A stretch of DNA of 62,100 nt from Conidiobolus incongruus B7586 (Eukaryota), in NCBI GenBank assembly GCA_000697335.1, contig JNEM01012177.1, forward strand, positions 1-62,100, given 5' to 3'. Positions 54,265-62,100 of this stretch are shown here, piece by piece; positions within the stretch are counted from its first letter, which is position 1, and each line of letters begins with the position of its first letter. The notes below the pieces were generated by a model that was not told the DNA's origin, searched no databases, and saw only the letters and a program-made list of their open reading frames with translations. Position numbers and translations under genes: made by a program.

Positions 54265-56556
54265 ATGTCTCCGCTATCAAAAGCTTGGAAAATCTTTCAG
54301 CAGAACGATTCTTCAAATAATTATAATTCAAATAAGACAAAGGAAAAAAGCTTGAGAAGCCAAAAGTCTTCATCCACTTTGAACTCTACTCATTCAAGTC
54401 TGATATACAAAATTTCTTCTAGGTTGACTTTAGAAGCGGCAAATGACGACTCCTTCACATTTCCTTTAGGCTTAGAGAACGAACAAACTGGTACTGTTTA
54501 TCAACAGCGTGCTTTCAACTGTCATATAATAGAGGGCGGTGTGTATTATAATGACGACTCTGAGGCTTCTTTGAATCAAAATTCAGAAATATCCAAATTT
54601 CCTTCTAGCCTAAAAAGACCTAAAAAATATGTAGGATATAAAATACTAGCCACTCAAGGTACACAGCAATGGACAACAATTAGACGATATAGCGAATTTC
54701 ATCAGTTACATGTTAACTTGAGACGACTTTATCCTAATTTTCTACTTCCACCTTTTCCCCCGAAGAAGATCTTTGGAAACCAATTTTCGCCCCAATTTAT
54801 TCAAGATCGGAGAGACAAACTAAACGAATACTTGAGAAAATTGCTGGATGTGTCAGCAATCAAATCGTGTCCTGAATTTAACAAGTTCATGATGGATCAT
54901 AAGAACTCTCAGTCAACGCAACATCCCCCACCCTCTCTCCTTATTACAAAGACATCTGTCCTCAGTCCTGTATCTAATCCTGACGGATCCATTAGATACG
55001 AATCCCAGCCCAATTCCGAAAATCCTTCCAGAGCTCCTTCACCAACACATTCTCCATCCAATATCTCCCCCAAAACGCCACCCAACTATGTGTCTAAGAG
55101 AGCTAACTCGATCTATTCTGAAGATCTCATCGAGCGACTGACTAAAAAGAGCTATTCTGATCTTAAATCAGACCAAGGAACCGCATCTCCCAAATTCCAG
55201 CAATCTGCCTGTTCCTCAGAGCAGACATCGCCACAAAGCTCCATAAGCAAAGGACCTGTTGTGTTCACTTTCACTTCGTCACAGAAAAAACCGAAAGCAT
55301 GTCTTGATGATTTCATGCTCTTGAAAGTAATTGGAGAAGGTAGCTATGGTAAGGTGATGATGGCTCGTCATAAAGAATCAGGCAAAGTGTACGCAATCAA
55401 AGCTCTTTCCAAGAAGCAGATTGCTGCACAGCCCGAAATAATAACTCGTGTCATGCAAGAGCGTAATGTACTGAAGAAGGCTTTAGAGCACCCCTTCTTA
55501 GTATCTCTCAGGTATTCTTTCCAAACGCCTTCCAAGCTGTATTTCTGTTTGGATTATGTCAATGGAGGTGAACTTTACTTCCATCTTAAAAAAGAGCGTC
55601 GATTTGATGAAGATCGCGCAAGGTTTTATGCCGCAGAACTCACCACAGCCTTGGGTTATTTGCATGCAGCAGGTATTGTATATAGGGACATGAAGCCTGA
55701 AAACTGTTTGCTTGATCATCAGGGGCATGTTAGATTAGTTGATTTTGGTCTTGCAAAAGAAGTCGAAAAATTGAATGAAGGTGCTCAAACAGCTACATTC
55801 TGTGGCACTCCTGAGTACTTGGCTCCTGAAATTTTGCTACAGCAACCATACAATAAAGATGTTGATTGGTATGGCTTGGGTGCCCTTGTCTATGAAATGC
55901 TAGTTGGTCAACCTCCTTTCTACTCACCCGATTTGTCCGAGCTTTATGATCGAATTCTTCATGACCGCTTAAGATTCCCTTCATTCGTTTCACCCATTGC
56001 ACGTTCATTTGTCCTCAGTTTGCTTCAACGTGATCCTAATCGCAGATTAGGTGGCGGTCCTAATGGTTATATGGACGTTAAAGAGCATCCATTCTTTTCA
56101 TCTATCGACTTTGGATTGTTGATTCAGAAGAAGTTAGCGCCACCATTTGTTCCTAAAGTGAATGGTTTATTTGACCTTGAATATTTCGACCCCAACTTCC
56201 ACACAAAACCTATTTCCAACTCGATCTACACCGATACTCATGTCAGAGTGGTTGATCCTGTCATGGAGCAAAGGATGCAGCAAGATATCGCAAGTCTGTT
56301 TAAGCAGTCTAGTGCCCGACCCAAAGATCACCAGAACACTGAATCCAACTCACAAATCCCTCAATTTTTCTCTTCTACTTCTCGCTTCTCTCTACATCAA
56401 AGTAGGCACAATCATAATGCACTTGAAGATGTGGAGTGGGTGGAAGATGAAGGTGTAAATGAAGCTTTCGACATGAACTTTGAAGACCAGTTTGAGGGCT
56501 TCTCATATGTTGGACCCAGTCATTTAGATGAACAAAATCCATTCTTCAAGCACTAA
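54265..56556 (+). CDS. PX-domain AGC Ser/Thr kinase (SGK3/CISK-like)
   Basis: PX: RRYSEFHQLH...PPFPPKKIFGN...FIQDRRDKLNEYL; kinase: GEGSYGKV, YRDMKPEN, DFG, TFCGTPEYLAPE; hydrophobic motif FEGFSY. Confidence 0.9.
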   Translation: MSPLSKAWKIFQQNDSSNNYNSNKTKEKSLRSQKSSSTLNSTHSSLIYKISSRLTLEAANDDSFTFPLGLENEQTGTVYQQRAFNCHIIEGGVYYNDDSEASLNQNSEISKFPSSLKRPKKYVGYKILATQGTQQWTTIRRYSEFHQLHVNLRRLYPNFLLPPFPPKKIFGNQFSPQFIQDRRDKLNEYLRKLLDVSAIKSCPEFNKFMMDHKNSQSTQHPPPSLLITKTSVLSPVSNPDGSIRYESQPNSENPSRAPSPTHSPSNISPKTPPNYVSKRANSIYSEDLIERLTKKSYSDLKSDQGTASPKFQQSACSSEQTSPQSSISKGPVVFTFTSSQKKPKACLDDFMLLKVIGEGSYGKVMMARHKESGKVYAIKALSKKQIAAQPEIITRVMQERNVLKKALEHPFLVSLRYSFQTPSKLYFCLDYVNGGELYFHLKKERRFDEDRARFYAAELTTALGYLHAAGIVYRDMKPENCLLDHQGHVRLVDFGLAKEVEKLNEGAQTATFCGTPEYLAPEILLQQPYNKDVDWYGLGALVYEMLVGQPPFYSPDLSELYDRILHDRLRFPSFVSPIARSFVLSLLQRDPNRRLGGGPNGYMDVKEHPFFSSIDFGLLIQKKLAPPFVPKVNGLFDLEYFDPNFHTKPISNSIYTDTHVRVVDPVMEQRMQQDIASLFKQSSARPKDHQNTESNSQIPQFFSSTSRFSLHQSRHNHNALEDVEWVEDEGVNEAFDMNFEDQFEGFSYVGPSHLDEQNPFFKH

Positions 56557-58255
56557 TCAATCAGTTTTATCCAATAATTAGTTTTTTATTCTACCATTTA
56601 TTTGTACAGATACACCATCATACCTTCATTATTATTATTTATTTGATATAACATATAATAAATATCACTAAATAATTAAATCTACATTTTTTTCAGTTTA
56701 ATTAAACAAGATATGTAATTAAAATTTCTCAGTTTAGAAATTCGAATTCATATAGTTCATTATTTTATACTACATACTTTGATTGCTAAATTATTCAATA
56801 CATCATCAGTGAATAAAATTAGTACTTAATAACATGATATAATATTATGAATATATTATATATTACTATATTAAGTAGAGTGGAAACTAAAAAAATATAT
56901 TTCAAATCAAATTTCAAATATTTTAACAATATTCAAATTTAAAATAGTAAAAATATAGGAATACAATAATTTTCATAGTTGTTTATGATCAATAATCTAA
57001 TATATAATCAGTATTATAATAATAAAAAATTTAAAATACACCAAAAGAAATTCTTTAGAGAATTTAAACTTTTAATTTGAAGTCAATTGAATTTATAACA
57101 TAATATCTTTTTAATTTTATTAAATTTTATAATTTGGTTTTTGTACAAATAATAGAACCAAATTCAATATATATATATGCTATTAACCTAAAGAATAGTT
57201 TATTTTCAAAGTCGATTTTCTTCGAAATCTATGTATATATTTAATTTATTTTTAACCTTAGATATATACTGTTTATCTCTTAAAAATACTCGAGTTGATC
57301 TTATAGTACAATTAACCGCATTCTAATATATTATTATTTAATGAATTAAAATTTTTTTATTCCTTATTTTTAATATCTCTTATCTTTAAACTTAATAGTT
57401 TCTATTTAAAATAGTAAACTAGGTTTAATTATAAAAATATTCACTAACAATATATATATATATATATAATTATTAGCAATATTAACATTTACTTGATATT
57501 AAAACTTGAAAGTTCACAGTTAAATTTTATAATTAAATATATTTTAAATTTCTAAATCTATGAATTGATCAAATATTTTATTCAGATCAATTAGTTACAT
57601 ATTACATCAATAAAAATTGAAATTTGCCCTGATATAAAAAATTCTACAATTAATAAATAAATCGATCGATTTTTAAAATATCTAATAAATATTCTAAAAC
57701 TTCTATTTTAAATTCAATTATTATTTTTATTTCCCAATCCTTATTTTTTGGTATATAAACTTTGTATATTCCTATTATGTTAATTTTTCTCACTGGATCT
57801 TTAAATTTCCAATCAACAATAATTAGTTAGGATTATATGTAGATCCGATTTCGATCAGTTATTAATATTATTATTTTGAATTCCCTATATAAACATGATA
57901 TTATGCCTGTTTTTGATAAAAGCTTAATATTAATTTATAATTTTGACAAAATATATTAAATAATACACAAATATTTAGTGTTTTTTATTATTCAAAATTT
58001 AATATTGATGTATGTAAATAAGAGTTTATCTATAATCCCATAATTTTGTCATTATAAAAATAGCTATTTATTTAATTTACCAATTGTGTATTGATAACTT
58101 TACATTAATAACATTAATTAAAAAATATATATATTTAAGCTAAACAATCTAAATAACAAAATTAGACAAAAATTAATTGATTTAATAAGAGTTATTTAAT
58201 TTACTATATTTTTATATATTTTTTATTTTAACTATCCCTAAAAACCTCAATCCCC

Positions 58256-60475
58256 ATGTATCGTAACTTAATCACTGCTCTTCGACCTCAATCTCGCTTA
58301 TTAACACAGAGTCGAATCCCTTTGAACCAACTCTCCAGAACGAGTTCCTTGGGACTTCGATTCAACTCATCTAATAATACTCCTCAAGATAGGAAACCCC
58401 AAGATGACAAATCATTCCCTAGAGGATTTGGAAGTTTTTTTGGTGATAAAGATTCTCAAAAATCAAATAGGTCCAATCAAAACCGTGAACATGAAGAAGA
58501 ACCCCAAAAGCCTGAAGAAGACCCCAATAAAGAAAGAAGAAATAAGAATGACAAAAAGAAATCTCAGGAAGAGACTGTTTTAACAATAGCTACAAGTCCT
58601 CAATCTATTCTTATGTCACTGTTTTTAACCTATTTCCTCTACAAATTAATGAACCCTACCGAAGCTGATTCTAGAGAATTGAGTTTCCAAGAATTCCGTA
58701 GTAACTATCTAGAGAAGGGTTTGGTCAAAAAGATAACTGTTTACAATAAGAAGACTGCCTATGCCACTTTACACGGTAGCTCCGACCACCATACCAGCCA
58801 GTCTGTCTACTTCAATATCGGATCAGTCAGAGCTTTTGAAGAAAACATGGAATCCATCCAACAGAATTTAGGCATTCCTACCAATGAATACATTCCCATC
58901 GTCTACAAGGAAAGAATCGGTCTCTTCAATCTTCTCTTAAACTTGGCCCCCACTCTTTTCCTTCTTGGTGGTTTAGTATATCTCTCCCGCAAAGCCTCCG
59001 CTGGCGCTGGTCGTGGAGGAATCTTTAATATCGGTAAATCCAAGGCTAAGGTATACAACCAAGAAACCAATGTCAAGATCAACTTCAAGGATGTTGCTGG
59101 TATGGAAGAAGCCAAAGAAGAAATTATGGAATTTGTCAAATTCTTAAAGAATCCTAAACAATATGAAAAATTAGGAGCCAAGATTCCTAAAGGTGCTATT
59201 TTAAGTGGTCCTCCTGGTACTGGTAAGACCCTTCTTGCCAAGGCTACTGCTGGTGAAGCTGGTGTCCCCTTTTTGAGTGTCTCAGGTTCTGAATTCGTTG
59301 AAATGTTTGTTGGCGTGGGTCCTTCCCGTGTTAGAGATCTCTTTGCTATGGCCAAGAAGCAGGCTCCTTGTATCATTTTCGTTGATGAAATTGATGCTAT
59401 TGGTAAGAGTCGTGGTCGTGCTGGTAATTTTGGTGGAAATGACGAACGTGAATCTACTCTTAATCAACTTTTGGTTGAGATGGATGGTTTCGATACCAAC
59501 GAACACGTTGTTGTCCTTGCTGGTACCAATCGTCCCGATGTTTTGGATAATGCCTTGAAACGTCCCGGTCGTTTCGATCGTCATATTCATATTGATGCCC
59601 CTGATATCAAAGGTAGAAGTGATATTTTCAAGGTCCATTTGAGACGCATTGTCACCAAGGAAGATAAGAACAAGCTAGCTGATAAGCTTGCCGCTCTCAC
59701 CCCTGGTTTTGCTGGTGCTGATATTGCTAATGTTTGTAATGAAGCTGCTCTAATTGCTGCCCGTTACCAAAATGACTCTGTTGAAGAGAAGCACTTTATC
59801 CAAGCTGTTGACAGAGTTATTGCTGGTCTTGAAAAGAAGAGCAAAATCCTTTCTCCAGAAGAAAAGAAGACTGTTGCTTATCATGAAGCTGGTCACGCTG
59901 TCTGCGGCTGGTTCCTTCAACACGCTGATCCTCTCCTTAAGGTATCCATTATTCCTCGCGCCAAGGGAACTCTTGGATTCGCACAATTCCTTCCCAAAGA
60001 TCAATATCTCTTCACTGTTGAACAGCTTTTTGACCGTATGTGTATGACACTAGGTGGTCGTGTTTCTGAACAGATCTTCTTTGGCACTATCACCACTGGT
60101 GCTCATGATGATCTTCAAAAAGTAACCAAATTGGCCTATGCTCAAGTTGCCCAATATGGTATGAACAAGCAAGTTGGTCAAGTCAACTACCAACAAGAAA
60201 ACGAATTCCAGAAGCCCTTCTCAGAAGACACCTCCCGCCTCATCGATATTGAAGTTCGAGAATTAATTGACAGAGCTTATCAGAGAACAACCGAACTCCT
60301 CACGCAACACAAAGATAATATTGAAAAGGTTGCTAAGCTCTTACTCGAAAAGGAAGTCCTTAACCGTGAAGATATGATCAACCTCTTAGGTAAAAGACCC
60401 TTCCCCGAAAAGGTTCAATACGAAGAATATGTTTTGGGTAGATCTGAAGAAACCGAAAAACCCAAAGAAAATTAA
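58256..60475 (+). CDS. AFG3: Mitochondrial m-AAA protease subunit (Afg3/Yta12 family)
   Basis: Arg/Ser-rich presequence, two TMs, Walker A GPPGTGKT, Walker [19 protein letters not shown] zinc site; Afg3 versus Yta12 not resolved. Confidence 0.92.
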   Translation: MYRNLITALRPQSRLLTQSRIPLNQLSRTSSLGLRFNSSNNTPQDRKPQDDKSFPRGFGSFFGDKDSQKSNRSNQNREHEEEPQKPEEDPNKERRNKNDKKKSQEETVLTIATSPQSILMSLFLTYFLYKLMNPTEADSRELSFQEFRSNYLEKGLVKKITVYNKKTAYATLHGSSDHHTSQSVYFNIGSVRAFEENMESIQQNLGIPTNEYIPIVYKERIGLFNLLLNLAPTLFLLGGLVYLSRKASAGAGRGGIFNIGKSKAKVYNQETNVKINFKDVAGMEEAKEEIMEFVKFLKNPKQYEKLGAKIPKGAILSGPPGTGKTLLAKATAGEAGVPFLSVSGSEFVEMFVGVGPSRVRDLFAMAKKQAPCIIFVDEIDAIGKSRGRAGNFGGNDERESTLNQLLVEMDGFDTNEHVVVLAGTNRPDVLDNALKRPGRFDRHIHIDAPDIKGRSDIFKVHLRRIVTKEDKNKLADKLAALTPGFAGADIANVCNEAALIAARYQNDSVEEKHFIQAVDRVIAGLEKKSKILSPEEKKTVAYHEAGHAVCGWFLQHADPLLKVSIIPRAKGTLGFAQFLPKDQYLFTVEQLFDRMCMTLGGRVSEQIFFGTITTGAHDDLQKVTKLAYAQVAQYGMNKQVGQVNYQQENEFQKPFSEDTSRLIDIEVRELIDRAYQRTTELLTQHKDNIEKVAKLLLEKEVLNREDMINLLGKRPFPEKVQYEEYVLGRSEETEKPKEN

Positions 60476-60899
60476 ATTTTTTGTCATTTGAAATATTATA
60501 TTCCGTAACATTCGATTATTTCATAGTTTTTTTTCTCTCATAAATAAATTCACTTAATATTAAAATTAACACATATTTATAGTATATAATTTATACTCTC
60601 ATTAAATCTGTAATTTATAACTTTTATCAAATATAAATATTTATATTTGATAAACCTATGGAATTTATTTTTTTAACCATATAAACTCTAAATTATTTTA
60701 TAATTGAAATTTTATCAATTAATTTGATATTGATAAATATATATATAATCAATTTTATTATATATTTCATTAATATTATTTTTTTTCTATTTACAAATTT
60801 AAAAATACAAAATTCAATATTTAAAGTTGAAGATATTAGTGTAGAAATTAAGTAATGGCACAATTTTAAAATTAAAATTAAACAAATAAATTAATAAAT

Positions 60900-62060
60900 A
60901 ATATACAAAAATTAATAAATAATATAAAATTTATAGCTTTTTTTATTATTAATAACTCTTTTCTATACTTTTAGTAAGTTTCTAATACTTAAAAAACAGT
61001 TCTTTTTATTAAAGACTAAAATTTGATGTTTTACAAACTAATTTAATTTGTTTACAGGAATTTTTTTCCTACAAGCTATTTTTTTAATTGATTAAAACAA
61101 TTATAATCACATAGATTATAATTAAGTAAATATACTAGATATAGTAACTCTCTCTAGTTTTTTTTATATAAAAAATCTTTTATAGCTTTAATTTTATGTA
61201 TTTTACAATTATCATGTAAAATAATAAGTATTTTTATTTATATTAAGAACACTATTTAAAAATTATTTTATTTAAAAAAATAATATATAATTTATTATTA
61301 ATTAATTTTCCTTAAGATATTAAATAAGAAAATTATATCCTATTATAATATATTATAACAATTAACATTTATTTATATTTAAAGTACTTATTCATTAGAA
61401 TTTATAAAGAAGACTAATTTAGTTTAATATAATATCTTATTTTATTTTTAAATAAAAGATTATATAAAAAATTTAAAATTTATTAATTATAAGTATTAAT
61501 TATAAAAACTTTTGTTTTTGGTTATATTTTAATAAGTTTAGTTTAATTATAGCTACTTTAGTTTTTTTAAACTTTTATTAAATTATAAAATATTTATTTT
61601 ATATTTTTATTAATTAATTTAAGTTTAAATTTAAGTATATATAATATGCTTATATAATTAATATTAAATTGCTTTAATAATTCTTTAACAAAAATAAATG
61701 ATATTTCTTAATATATTTTTTTATTTTGTTTATAAGTAAAAAAATAAGAGTAGAAATTAACTTTTTAAATTTTAGCAAATTTTAAATAATATTACTTTTA
61801 ATATTAAAATCATAAATTTAATGATATATAGTAGTTTTAACTAAAATATTATCTTTATAAGCTATTTATAAGTTTTAAATAATTTTAAAGAGTTTATAGT
61901 TAAGTTTTAAAAATACAAAAATAAAAGTCTTTTAGTATTCACTATCTAGTTTAAGTATAATTAAATTTAAATATAAATTTTAAAATTAAAATATTTGAAT
62001 AAAAAAAATAATTAAAATTAAATATATATAAAATTTGAAAATATTTATTTTGTTATATAT
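60900..62060 (-). mobile_element. Hypermutated mariner (DD34D) transposon relic, copy B
   Basis: Minus strand reads LHDNCKIH...N*RELLYLVYLLNYNLCDY with exactly 34 residues between the Asp codons at 61211-61213 and 61106-61108; also ILIINKF*IFY (first-Asp motif) and *IFYNLI (WVPHEL-like); element ends approximate. Confidence 0.85.
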
Positions 62061-62100
62061 TTTATATATAAAAAATCATTCAAAACATATAGTATATTTG

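Overview
Very AT-rich fungal nuclear DNA with many short (mostly ~45-70 nt) spliceosomal introns. The gene content (Rax2, a PX-AGC kinase, a FYRN/FYRC protein) and composition suggest an early-diverging, Zoopagomycota/Conidiobolus-like fungus; this is inference. Housekeeping genes: eL42, uL15, HRD1, GYP1, a LIM protein, GPI12, RAX2, SEC8, an AVT-type transporter, SRP14, TOM70, PCNA, a FYR protein, uL30m, an SGK3-like kinase and an m-AAA protease. There are also tRNA-Pro(AGG), tRNA-Gln(CTG) and three small putative stress/spore genes. Main observations: (1) two ~1.1 kb ORF-less AT-rich tracts are relics of a DD34D mariner transposase damaged largely by CpA->TpA / TpG->TpA transitions, a RIP-like signature unexpected outside Pezizomycotina; (2) a full-length but disabled VPS45 (ACG start, two in-frame TAGs, one broken splice donor) that keeps an intact promoter motif; (3) an orientation-specific promoter motif ATCCCAYAA, typically ~100 nt upstream of housekeeping genes; (4) degenerate 5' splice sites, including three GC-AG introns; (5) an unexplained CpG-rich non-coding island. 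All exon structures and alignments were done by eye.
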